DNA of 62,675 nt, counting the filler, from Theionarchaea archaeon (GTDB taxonomy: Archaea > Methanobacteriota_B > Thermococci > Methanofastidiosales > SZ-28-30), in assembly GCA_018992565.1 (NCBI GenBank). It is 7 parts of 7 records of this genome, joined end to end, with 100 filler letters (N's around TTAATTAATTAA, not from the genome) between each part and the next. Parts side by side here need not be neighbours in the genome. Positions count along the whole stretch, not along the records: positions 20,228 to 36,217 come from JACVGW010000065.1; 6 more parts are not named here. One strand, 5' to 3'. Position numbers and translations under genes: made by a program. Below are positions 20,831-30,075 of this stretch, one piece after another. Within the stretch, counting starts at the first letter, position 1. Every line of letters begins with the position of its first letter. A model generated the notes under the pieces. It saw only the letters and a list, made by a program, of their open reading frames with translations, did no database searches and was not told where the DNA came from.

Positions 20831-21670
20831 CTATATCAAGCGTGCCACCAGGAATATTCCCAGGGTAACATACATTCCCACCTTGAGTATTTTCTGCCAT
20901 ACTGGCATTTTCTCAATACTTTTCAGCAGCATCTGCACCATGACAAATCCCATGACCAGGTCCACTGGTATGATCAGTATCAGGTACAGACTGTCAAAGA
21001 TCTCCAGCATATACGGAAGCAATGATGTACCAATGGCCAGAGCAAGGAATCCCCCTGCTATCTGAGCAGTCACATTTTCTCCAAGGAGGACAGGCAGGGA
21101 CTGGGAGCCACCTATTCGGTCGCCTTCTATATCTTCAATGTCTTTTGCCAGTTCTCTGGAAACAGTCGCAAAAAACGCAACCAGGGCCAAAATCGATACC
21201 AGCTGGATATTACCCGTGGCAATTCCGCCGTATAGTAAGGCCAGAGCAGAGAGCAGGGCTACTGCCAGGTTTCCTACGAATAACTGCCTCTTCAATTTCC
21301 AGGAATACACTATTATCAAGAACAGCGCAGGAACTCCCACCAGGACACACCACGCATTAGTAAACAGCACGCACAACCCTGCACCTGTGAACAGGAACAG
21401 AGAAAAGTAGAAAGCTCCCTGGCGTGTTATCCTCCCGCTGGGTATAGGTCTTTGGGGACGATTGACTCTGTCTATATCCACATCGAAGTAGTCATTGATC
21501 ACCATTCCTCCTGCAGATGCAAAAAAGGTGCCCAATGAGGCAGCCACCACACTCAAGAGGGGCATATGCCATCCCACCGATATTACCCCCGCAATGAAAA
21601 CAGCAAATCCCGACATGATGTCATTTATGGGACGCGTCAATTCTAGCAGTGTCTTCATGTCCATGATCAC
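20831..21670 (-). CDS. Digeranylgeranylglyceryl phosphate synthase (UbiA family)
   Basis: NDYFDVDIDRVNRPQRPIPSG and RELAKDIEDIEGD; next to GGR. Confidence 0.88.
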   Translation of the reverse strand: MIMDMKTLLELTRPINDIMSGFAVFIAGVISVGWHMPLLSVVAASLGTFFASAGGMVINDYFDVDIDRVNRPQRPIPSGRITRQGAFYFSLFLFTGAGLCVLFTNAWCVLVGVPALFLIIVYSWKLKRQLFVGNLAVALLSALALLYGGIATGNIQLVSILALVAFFATVSRELAKDIEDIEGDRIGGSQSLPVLLGENVTAQIAGGFLALAIGTSLLPYMLEIFDSLYLILIIPVDLVMGFVMVQMLLKSIEKMPVWQKILKVGMYVTLGIFLVARLI

Positions 21671-21802
21671 CAGTGATCAATGCCCCTTTATGAGGTTTTG
21701 CTCTTGAAATAGTGGTACATCTCTTTAAGAGAAAAAGCTGCGCTTTCCGTAAAGGTTCCCATCTTGGAGATGATACAGAGTCTGGGTAAAAGAAGAAAAA
21801 GG

Positions 21803-22978
21803 TCAGGAAGTGAGAAATGAAGCAAACTTGACTGCAAAGGTGGGATGCCTCTTTAAGGCGAATTTCACCAGATCCACAGCACCAAGCTGGCCCACTCCCT
21901 TTTCGTTCATCCATTGTGCAGTGGCATCAAAGTCTTCATCAGTGAATTCTTCCAGGATAAACCGTCCCTTTAATGACATATCAAGTTCTCTTCCAAAGTC
22001 TGCTTTCCACAGTGTCTCATATTCAGAGAGAGTCTTCTTATCGAGACTCTGTGTTTCCACAGCTTTCCTTGCTGTGTCGCCTGCATACTTCCCTGACAGC
22101 ATGGCAGTGTGGATACCTCCTCCCGAGATGGGGTTGGCCATATGTGCTGCGTCTCCTGCAATGAGGAGGTTGTCATCATAGGTTTGATCCAGGGGACCAG
22201 ACACAGGAACTCCTCCTGCATTTACTTCCACGATTTCCCCGGAAAGTCCCAGCCAGTTGACGAATTTGTCCAGATAGTACTTTGCGGGATATTCAGCCCT
22301 GGTGGGGAGGATGCCAATTCCCACATTTGCCACATCACCTTCTTTGGGGAATATCCATGCATATCCTTTGGGAGCAATCTCATTCCCGAAATACAGTTCT
22401 ATGCAGCTTTCCCGATCTATGCCTGTCATCTCGTACTGGCAGCATGACTCGAGATGTCTCAGGTTGGTGGTAGAGTCAATCCCAAGATCCTTGGCCACTC
22501 TTGACATCAACCCGTCTGCAGCAATGACGATTTTTGCCTTGAAGGTCAGATCCTCGTTAAATTGCCGTGCCTTTACTACAACATGGTTGTCTTCTCGTTT
22601 CAGTCCCTGGTACTGTGTCCGCAGGTGGAACTCTGCTCCCTTCCGGGCTGCAAGCTCCGCAAGCCCCTTGTCAAACTTCTTCCTTTCAAGAACGTACCCG
22701 AATTTGAGCTGTTTGACTCTTTCATCCTTGAGATCAACTGTAATCCTGGAAGGCGATATCAGCCGGGCAAATTCAATTTTCCGGGATATCCATGTGGGAT
22801 TCAGTGGAATATTCAGTTTCTCAAAGAGCCCTTCACTGGTTCCTTCCGCGCACTGTTTGGGAACACCAATGTGTGCTCTCTTCTCCAGGACCACCACATC
22901 GCAGTGAGGAGCTGCAGTAAAGGCAGCCATGCTCCCTGCCGGACCTGCTCCCACCACGAGTATATCACATTCCCTCAC
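21803..22978 (-). CDS. Geranylgeranyl reductase (digeranylgeranylglycerophospholipid reductase)
   Basis: VVGAGPAG, KQCAEG, PKGYAWIFP and GDAAHMANPISGGGI. GTG start overlaps the ferredoxin stop. Confidence 0.92.
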   Translation of the reverse strand: MRECDILVVGAGPAGSMAAFTAAPHCDVVVLEKRAHIGVPKQCAEGTSEGLFEKLNIPLNPTWISRKIEFARLISPSRITVDLKDERVKQLKFGYVLERKKFDKGLAELAARKGAEFHLRTQYQGLKREDNHVVVKARQFNEDLTFKAKIVIAADGLMSRVAKDLGIDSTTNLRHLESCCQYEMTGIDRESCIELYFGNEIAPKGYAWIFPKEGDVANVGIGILPTRAEYPAKYYLDKFVNWLGLSGEIVEVNAGGVPVSGPLDQTYDDNLLIAGDAAHMANPISGGGIHTAMLSGKYAGDTARKAVETQSLDKKTLSEYETLWKADFGRELDMSLKGRFILEEFTDEDFDATAQWMNEKGVGQLGAVDLVKFALKRHPTFAVKFASFLTS

Positions 22979-23133
22979 TGGATCGCCCCCATGGGGCAGG
23001 CTTTGACGCAGGTCTTGCAGTCTGTGCATGCATCTGTTACCTGAACATCATAATCTGTGACTATAACAGCGTTAAAAGGGCATACACTGGCGCAGCACCC
23101 ACAGTACATACATGAATCTTTTTCCACCATCAT
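22975..23133 (-). CDS. 2[4Fe-4S] ferredoxin (52 aa, missing from the ORF track)
   Basis: MMVEKDSCMYCGCCASVCPFNAVIVTDYDVQVTDACTDCKTCVKACPMGAIQ contains two CxxCxxCxxxCP motifs. Confidence 0.92.
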   Translation of the reverse strand: MMVEKDSCMYCGCCASVCPFNAVIVTDYDVQVTDACTDCKTCVKACPMGAIQ

Positions 23134-23576
23134 GCGAGAGACTTTGATCAGTCGTTAAAAACCTTTGTGCTTTTCCTTGAGAAGACCCAGAGACAGGACG
23201 TCTCTTCCCAGCCCTGTATCCTATGTTACAAAGGGTCTCTCTTTTTCCTGAGGAATTGAGAGAACCTCGACATTGAATTGGTGACTGGACCCGCTTGCAG
23301 GTGCAGGACAGCAATACCATCGCTGAAACCAGGGCAGGAATGATAATTCCATCCCTCATTGAAGTGAGATGTCGAGACATAATCCCCTCTCACCTGAATT
23401 GCTCCACGTTCCACTTTCCTGTGCCCTACGAGTCATTGAGCTCCTGAATCTGTAAGAGGCTCTCCTCCCAGGTCTATGCTGGATGCTGCAGTGCTTCTGG
23501 AGACGTGCTCTCTTGGAGAAAATCTACTACCAGGGGTGAATCAAAGACTTTATAAACTCTTAACGAAAGAAAGAGT

Positions 23577-23810
23577 ATGCTGTACGCGTATCTCCTCCTG
23601 ACAGTGCGTATTGGCATGCTGAAGACGGCACTGGAGAAGGTCAGAGAACTGGATGAAGTGATTGAGGCCGAGGCCATTACTGGCCCCTATGACATGATAG
23701 TCTCTATCGCTGTGGAAGGATTGACCCAGCTGACAGACATTATTCTTCACCGGATTGAGAGAATTGACGGTGTCACTGAATCCATGACGCTAGTAGTTGT
23801 TGAGTTGTAA
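23577..23810 (+). CDS. Stand-alone Lrp/AsnC ligand-binding domain protein
   Basis: 77 aa with ITGPYDMI and IERIDGVTESMT; no HTH. Confidence 0.88.
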   Translation: MLYAYLLLTVRIGMLKTALEKVRELDEVIEAEAITGPYDMIVSIAVEGLTQLTDIILHRIERIDGVTESMTLVVVEL

Positions 23811-23812
23811 CC

Positions 23813-24556
23813 ATGAAGCTTGCTTTCTTTGACATGGATGGGGTACTCACTCCCACAGCACATGCTCTTCACTTCGCAGAAATGGTGGGAAGGGAGCCTC
23901 AACTTAAGAAGGTCTTCACTGGCACCACAAACAGGAAGATTGGGCTGGAATGGGTGATCCGGAAAGGAGCGAGTCTCTTTTGCGACATGCCTGAATCAAC
24001 ATTGAGAGAAGCAGGAGAAACCCTCCCGCTGGTAAAGGGAGCTGAAAAGACTATTGAAGCACTGAAGGAAGCTGAATACCAGCCAATCATCATTACCAAC
24101 GGAGTGCTACAGATAGCGTCAGCTTTTGCTGAACGGCTGGGAATCACTGAATGCTATGGAAATGTCCTTGAAATCAGAGAAGGGAAGATTACGGGAGCCT
24201 TCGTTTCAGAGACGCTGATTACATTGCAGTCGAAAGGAGACCTTGTGCGGAAAATTGTGGCTCAGAAATCCTCAAGGAAGGAGAGCGTGGCAGTGGGAAA
24301 TGATGAGAATGACTGGGCCATGTTTCAGGAGGTGGGATTCTCCATCTTGTTCAACCCATCCTCAAACCTGACCCAGCGACTGAAGCAGTGCCTTGAAGAA
24401 GCAGAAAAGGGGTTCAAAAAGGAGTTCATCGAATTCTGCAAGAGTGTGGATGTGATAATTGAACGACCAGATTTTGAGCTCTTGCTCCCCTTCTTGATTC
24501 CTGAACCAACTGTCTTTCCAGACAAGGTGCGCATAGAGAAGACCCGGTTTGTCTGA
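23813..24556 (+). CDS. HAD phosphatase, phosphoserine phosphatase-like
   Basis: FFDMDGVLT, ITNG, SKG and AVGNDEND. Confidence 0.8.
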   Translation: MKLAFFDMDGVLTPTAHALHFAEMVGREPQLKKVFTGTTNRKIGLEWVIRKGASLFCDMPESTLREAGETLPLVKGAEKTIEALKEAEYQPIIITNGVLQIASAFAERLGITECYGNVLEIREGKITGAFVSETLITLQSKGDLVRKIVAQKSSRKESVAVGNDENDWAMFQEVGFSILFNPSSNLTQRLKQCLEEAEKGFKKEFIEFCKSVDVIIERPDFELLLPFLIPEPTVFPDKVRIEKTRFV

Positions 24557-24610
24557 TTGCTGTTTTTGGGAATGGCAACCCTTTTTAAGGAGGGTACAGT
24601 ATGTCACAGC

Positions 24611-25468
24611 ATGGCTCTCAGCGCATTGGTTGCTGTCATGCTGTTGCTGCAGCCTCTAACCATGGACTACCCGTATGAGATTACTGAGTACAATGTGACT
24701 GTCAATATCTCGGAGGGAAAGGTCCATGAAGAGATTACCATTACCGTAGAGAACTATGACTCACTGCCGATTTTTGAATACAGTTTTCTGTATCCTCTGG
24801 AGAACCTGCAGGTTTATGACAGCCAGGGAAGCCTCCATCATGAAATCAAGAATGATCTCTTATTATGTTATCTTGATATTATTGGCTCGAGACCCTACAC
24901 CTTTACCATCGAATTCGACACTTCTGGGTATATTAGCCCAGTAAAGGAGGGAAAATGGGTATTCTCTCCCATATTCCAGTTTTCTGTTCCTGCCAAGAAC
25001 TTCCAGATTGAGATTACCGTTCCTTCAGAAATGGCAGTCGTATCCCCCATATACCCGGTACCTACCTCATTCTATTCTTACCGGGAAACCCTGGTGGTGA
25101 AGTGGAAAAGAGATGTTCTGTCAGAGGGTGAGGAGTTCATGGTACTGCTGGGGTATAAGCCTGTGAGCTCCCCTGACTCCAGGGAATTCCTCCTGTACTA
25201 CCTGACGGCAGCAGTCCTTGCTGGATTTGCCCTGGGACTCTACGTGGGGAGAAAGCGCAAGCCTCAACCCGAGTACGTGGTTGCAGATGAGCAAAAGGTC
25301 CTGGAAGAGATACGGAGAGCAGGAGGAAGGATTATCCAGAAGGATCTGGTAAAAAATACAGAATTTTCGAAATCGAAGATATCAAAGATAATATCAGACC
25401 TCGAAAGCAGAAATGTCGTTAGAAAAAAGAAATATAAGCGCACAAATCTTATTTTTCTCAAGGAATGA
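24611..25468 (+). CDS. Membrane-anchored protein with C-terminal winged HTH
   Basis: Signal peptide, extracellular beta domain, a TM helix, then GGRIIQKDLVKNTEFSKSKISKIISDLE. Confidence 0.75.
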   Translation: MALSALVAVMLLLQPLTMDYPYEITEYNVTVNISEGKVHEEITITVENYDSLPIFEYSFLYPLENLQVYDSQGSLHHEIKNDLLLCYLDIIGSRPYTFTIEFDTSGYISPVKEGKWVFSPIFQFSVPAKNFQIEITVPSEMAVVSPIYPVPTSFYSYRETLVVKWKRDVLSEGEEFMVLLGYKPVSSPDSREFLLYYLTAAVLAGFALGLYVGRKRKPQPEYVVADEQKVLEEIRRAGGRIIQKDLVKNTEFSKSKISKIISDLESRNVVRKKKYKRTNLIFLKE

Positions 25469-25527
25469 GTTCAATAAGGGTTGAAGTATATGGAAACCTA
25501 TAAATAGTGGATGAATACACTGTAATC

Positions 25528-26436
25528 ATGAGAAAAAGAACACTGTTACTTGGTGTCATTATTGTCAGTTGTGTGCTGGCTGTCTTTCTGGCTGTGGCCC
25601 AGATAGGCCAATCGGGATCCCAGTACACTCAGGGAGATTATTCTGTCAGGGAAGTGGAAGTGAGCGAAGAGGGAACTGTCGCCTCGTATGCCCTCTCCAG
25701 GAATCTCCTCAGCATCCCCTCTCTTTCCAAAGAGTCCCAATCCCTCCCCCTTCCTTCTGCAGGTGGGGAGTACTTATCTTCCTCAGAGCCCAAGCTCATA
25801 AAGACTGCTGTTCTGTCCCTGGAAGTGGACTCATGTACAGAAGCTCTCAAAGCTGTGGAAGAGACTGCTGCAAACCATAATGGATATGTTGCTGATTCTG
25901 CAGTCCAGCAGTACGATGACAGAGAAGTGGGGCACATCACTGTCAGGGTCCCCGAGGACAGTTTTGAGGAAGCAGTCAAGGACATAGAGAATGTGGGGGA
26001 CCTGAAAAAGGAGAACCTGACACTGGAAGACGTCACAGAACAGTACATTGATCTGAAAGCCCGTCTTGACAACCTGGAACACCAGGAACAGCGCTACCTG
26101 GAGATTCTGGAAATGGCCACCACAGTGGAAGACGTGTTGAAGGTGGAAACCCAGCTGGAAAGGATACGGGGGGAGATCGAGAGTCTGCAGGGGACCCTCA
26201 ACTACATGGAAACTCAGATACGCTATTCTGTGATCTACGTACAGCTGGCAGAGCCAGAAGAAGTAGTCCATGATTCAGGAATTGGAAGGGCTTTTGATCA
26301 GGCAATTGATGGATTCCTTGGGGCCATCAGAGGCATTATCATATTCCTGGGGTATTTCATTCCCGTGGCTCTATTCCTCACTGCTCTGGCTGTTGGAGGG
26401 ATGATTCTGTATCGGAAAATCTTCAAGAAGCAGTAG
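25528..26436 (+). CDS. DUF4349 domain protein
   Basis: ITVRVP, EDVTEQYIDLKARL, LERIRGEIESLQG and a C-terminal TM segment. Confidence 0.85.
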   Translation: MRKRTLLLGVIIVSCVLAVFLAVAQIGQSGSQYTQGDYSVREVEVSEEGTVASYALSRNLLSIPSLSKESQSLPLPSAGGEYLSSSEPKLIKTAVLSLEVDSCTEALKAVEETAANHNGYVADSAVQQYDDREVGHITVRVPEDSFEEAVKDIENVGDLKKENLTLEDVTEQYIDLKARLDNLEHQEQRYLEILEMATTVEDVLKVETQLERIRGEIESLQGTLNYMETQIRYSVIYVQLAEPEEVVHDSGIGRAFDQAIDGFLGAIRGIIIFLGYFIPVALFLTALAVGGMILYRKIFKKQ

Positions 26437-26528
26437 ACATCCAAATCCAGTTGAGAAAGAGGTCAGTTCTGAATTGAATTGTCCTTCTCTTCCTCTTTTC
26501 TTTCTGTTCTGCTGCCCATTTCCCCAAC

Positions 26529-26628
26529 NNNNNNNNNNNNNNNNNNNNNNNNNNNNNNNNNNNNNNNNNNNNNNNNNNNNNNNNNNNNNNNNNNNNNNNN
26601 NNNNNNNNNNNNNNNNNNNNNNNNNNNN
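26529..26628. other. 100-N scaffold gap without linker
   Basis: Run of N only. Confidence 0.95.
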
Positions 26629-26911
26629 TCAGGAAGACCCCCAGAATCTGACCACTGAGCAGAGAAAAGCAAAGCGAGGATCAAGAGTATTCTTGGATAT
26701 CATGCGCAACAGCTATGCTCAGACATCGGTGGCACCATATGCTGTGCGGGCAAAGCCTGGTGCTCCTGTTGCCACCCCCCTGGAGTGGAGAGAGCTTGAG
26801 GATGTCACTTCCCAGAGCTACACCATTACAACTGTCCTTGAAAGGATGAGCCAGAAAAGTGATCCGTGGAAATCTCTCTATTCTGAGGCTCGCCCTCTGC
26901 CACAGCTGTAA
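26629..26911 (+). CDS. LigD primase-polymerase domain, C-terminal fragment
   Basis: RKAKRGSRVFLDIMRNSYAQTSVAPYAVRAKPGAPVATPLEWREL and DPW. Confidence 0.88.
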
Positions 26912-27007
26912 TTCCAGCATGCAAAGAAGAGAAACAGCATGTCTCTCAGCCATGGTTGCAGTAAGAGCAGTCAAAAAGAGGCCAGGAAGGCCAAAAAAAT
27001 AGAAAGA

Positions 27008-27214
27008 CTATTCAGGGTTCACGAGAAACGCGATTTTGACATCTGCTTTGTATTCCACGATTTTCCTGTTCTTTACACTTCCACTGTATCCCAAAACGTC
27101 AATTCCTACGATGTTGTCCACGGTCTCTGCAGTCCTGTCAAGTGCCCGCTGCACAGCATCATCCCAGCTCTTTTCAGATGCACCCATTACTTCGATTATT
27201 TTGACTACACTCAT
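27008..27214 (-). CDS. Dodecin
   Basis: MSVVKIIEVMGASEKSWDDAVQRALDRTAETV...EYKADVKIAF. Confidence 0.9.
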   Translation of the reverse strand: MSVVKIIEVMGASEKSWDDAVQRALDRTAETVDNIVGIDVLGYSGSVKNRKIVEYKADVKIAFLVNPE

Positions 27215-27369
27215 TCTATCACTCCACATTACAGTATCTTTGAGATTTTTAAATTCTTTCCCATTTTCACATGTTGGCAAAAATCTACGTACGCAATCTA
27301 GGAATTCCTCGCCTCCAGAAAAACATAACCTTCTAAAAACTACTTTGGATTATGAGGAGAGGTGAAAAG

Positions 27370-27564
27370 ATGAATAAGAATATACTCATTGTTTTGTTTG
27401 CTGCCCTTGTTTTCATGGGTGGAGCAACCAATATTTTGGCTGATGCAGTTCAAGGTTCCAGTGAACAAAGTTGCGAATTGACTCTATCAAGTCCCGTGCT
27501 TCCAACAGATTTCCCACCCACTACTTTGAATGGAGGGGGGAATGGTGGTGGAAATCCTGGGTAG
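27370..27564 (+). CDS. Small secreted peptide with Gly-rich C-terminal tail
   Basis: SD GAGGTGA, signal peptide MNKNILIVLFAALVFMGGATNILA, ends PTTLNGGGNGGGNPG. Confidence 0.7.
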   Translation: MNKNILIVLFAALVFMGGATNILADAVQGSSEQSCELTLSSPVLPTDFPPTTLNGGGNGGGNPG

Positions 27565-28140
27565 TTCGATCAGGGTTCCAGTGATAAATCGGAATTGACA
27601 ATGTGTACTCGTCTATGAAGCCGGAAGACTGCAGTGAAGTGAGTAATTCAAGCAGGTTCACCTGTTGCACCTTCTTTTCAACAAGGATGTGTGAAAAGAC
27701 TACATCAGATATTTTCAACATGGGACAATGTACAGGTATTTTCCTTAATTGCTCCACGAGTTGTAGTTCATGAGATGTCTTGAACAGAATGAAAAATTCA
27801 TTGTAATTTGAATAACCATGAGGGTAGTATGGTGTCCAGAGTGTGCATCTTTGAATGACATTGTGGAGATGATCATAAAACAGACTTTGAAAGGCCAAAG
27901 CTGCGTATGATATCAATATATTTCGTTCTGAAATCATTCTTCAGAAAAATGAATAGTCCATAGTCCATCTCGTCCCAAGTGAATTCATCTCTCTTTGGTA
28001 TCGTCATTTCAGATTTAACAAAGTCCCCAGCAGCCAGAAAATCATGAAATCCTTTGAAATACTCAAGTTCGGGTCTCCTCTCAACCCTGTTGTATATGAA
28101 ATCACTCCGTGGCCCGCTTACAACATACCCTTCAAAGCTC
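27521..28140 (-). pseudogene. 5'-truncated, frameshifted Lrp-like winged-HTH regulator
   Basis: One frame gives WDEMDYGLFIFLKNDFRTKYIDIIRSFGLSKSV and the next frame continues FYDHLHNV. The shift lies in the A4 run at 27877-27880, and an in-frame stop lies just upstream of 28140. Confidence 0.6.
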
Positions 28141-28185
28141 CACGATGATCAAAACATTCATAAAGCTGGAAAGAGATGATACACT

Positions 28186-28341
28186 ATGTCTTCTCGGAGA
28201 AAGGCAAGAGAACATCATGCGAAAGAGGCATTGAAGGACATGATTCCTCCCCAGGATCCTCTTTCGAACCTTATAGAAGGCGAGAGAGATGTAGATGAGC
28301 TCTTTGAGAATGCTACAAAAAAAATGAAAAAGGACAAATGA
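28186..28341 (+). CDS. Small charged hypothetical protein (51 aa)
   Basis: MSSRRKAREHHAKEALKDMIPPQDPLSNLIEGERDVDELFENATKKMKKDK, with TATA-like TTCATAAA upstream. Confidence 0.4.
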   Translation: MSSRRKAREHHAKEALKDMIPPQDPLSNLIEGERDVDELFENATKKMKKDK

Positions 28342-28378
28342 TTTTCAGGGCTCTATGAGGGTTACCCTTTGGGGTTGA

Positions 28379-28825
28379 TTATTTCTGAGATTCGTCAGCT
28401 GGAATTACCAGGACAGGAACGGGTGTATGCCTTACCACTTTTTCAGTAACGCTACCCATGAGCAGGTGAAAGAGTCCGCTCTTTCCCATCGTGCCCATGA
28501 CCACCAGATCATGGGCTTTGGCATACTTAATAATCTGGTCAGCAGGGTGGCCTATTACCACCACAGGGGCGGCTTTTACCCCCATTTTTTCAGCCTGTTC
28601 AACAACTCGATTAACCATGTCCTCTCCTGCTTTTTTCAAAATTTCTATTTCTTCTTCAGGTACAAATGAGGGTTCCCCTGCTACAGGAGTGGGGAAGAAG
28701 GGAACTTCTACCACGTGAATAACAGTCACTGATGCATGCGACGTCTTGGCCATCTCAAGTCCATAGCGTTCTGCTTTCTGAGAGTGTATGGAACCATCTG
28801 TAGGGATCAGTATCTTCTTAAACAT
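28379..28825 (-). CDS. Universal stress protein
   Basis: KKILIPTDGS, VMGTMG and MGSVTEKVVR. Confidence 0.95.
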   Translation of the reverse strand: MFKKILIPTDGSIHSQKAERYGLEMAKTSHASVTVIHVVEVPFFPTPVAGEPSFVPEEEIEILKKAGEDMVNRVVEQAEKMGVKAAPVVVIGHPADQIIKYAKAHDLVVMGTMGKSGLFHLLMGSVTEKVVRHTPVPVLVIPADESQK

Positions 28826-29008
28826 GTAGTAGCATGAGGAGTGAGAATATATGTGCCTTTCCCTGGTTTTTCCGAGAGGTTAGTTCTGGAGCCTCAATCT
28901 CATTTTTGCTCTACTATTTTGCATGAATTATTCACTTTGGCTCGTCAATTGAGAAAATAGATTATATTTAGGGATATTTTCATCCGGGTCACACATTGAG
29001 TACCAAAA

Positions 29009-29665
29009 TCAGTATGAGTATGAAAACTGGTCAAGCGTGCATTGAACGTATTCATCCAGAATCTTCTTTGCAGTGTCCCATGAAGAACGAGTAATGGGGG
29101 GGAATGTTCCTTCCCTGCGAAGATAGTCTCTGAGGAAGCTGGTAGTCCTCCCGTCAGAGCAGTAACCCGAGCCAAAGTCACCATATATCTCCTTCAGCTC
29201 GTCAACTCTTCTATCACGTTGCATTTTGGCCAGTATGGAAGCAGCAGAGACCACAGGATAGGTGTCATCTGCCTTATGTTCTGAGATAATGCCGTGCACT
29301 CCTGCCTGCTGAGACACTCTTTCACCAAACCGCTGAGCATTTACATCACAGGCATCAACTATGATCGTGCGGGCAGCAGAAAACTTCATCAAAACCTGGG
29401 CAAACATGTCCACTTCAATATCATTCAGGGTCCTGCGTGCCCTCTGGGTATCGATTTCATGAGCAGGAATTTCAGCAATTTCCCTGTCTACCAGAGGCAG
29501 GATGAGCTTCTCAAGTTCTTCCCTTTTTTTCCGGGTGTATTTCTTTGAGTCACGCAGATTCAATGCTTCCAGTTCCCTTGCAGTTTCAGGTGCCACTGCC
29601 ACGGCACATACCACCAGTGGTCCTATGACAGGTCCTCTACCTGACTCATCGATTCCCACAAGCAT
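29009..29665 (-). CDS. rnhB: Ribonuclease HII
   Basis: GIDESGRGPVIGP, DSKK, VSAASILAK and GSGY. Confidence 0.96.
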   Translation of the reverse strand: MLVGIDESGRGPVIGPLVVCAVAVAPETARELEALNLRDSKKYTRKKREELEKLILPLVDREIAEIPAHEIDTQRARRTLNDIEVDMFAQVLMKFSAARTIIVDACDVNAQRFGERVSQQAGVHGIISEHKADDTYPVVSAASILAKMQRDRRVDELKEIYGDFGSGYCSDGRTTSFLRDYLRREGTFPPITRSSWDTAKKILDEYVQCTLDQFSYSY

Positions 29666-30075
29666 CCATTTCCTCTTGGTCTAGCTTTCTCTTAAAGGTT
29701 TGCAGCAGTCTATCTGCTCATTCGTATCCTTTCGAATGCAGCCCGGTGATGGGAACCCATCAATGGAGTCCAGAATGACATCCACACTTTCACTGCGATC
29801 CCATTTCTGGAATTATCCACCGTAAATCGAATACCCCTCGTGAAATTTCGCCAGCATTTCGGTCAATGAAAAGGCTGCAACTGACCATGAATTCTACCTG
29901 AATATATCTTCAGAGCCCCAGGATATGTGAAGTATAAGGGTTCTGGGTATATGGAGATGATAGGTTGCTCTGAACCTTGATATATGTAAAGTAGGTTCTC
30001 TGCTGGATATTTTATAGTACAGGTTTGCTTCGTTCAATGGCAAAGCTTTTTATCTGCTCTCAAGCAGTACCCATC

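Noticed and set aside
22979..23029. N-terminal extension of GGR in the ORF track
   Set aside because: It is an alternate frame of the ferredoxin gene. The true GGR start is GTG 22978.
23226..23520. In-frame TGA in a minus-strand frame as a selenoprotein
   Set aside because: There is no redox motif, recognisable family or SECIS, so it is probably non-coding.
29690..29900. Possible pseudogene remnant between rnhB and the ASKHA gene
   Set aside because: The frame is interrupted and has no identifiable homology.
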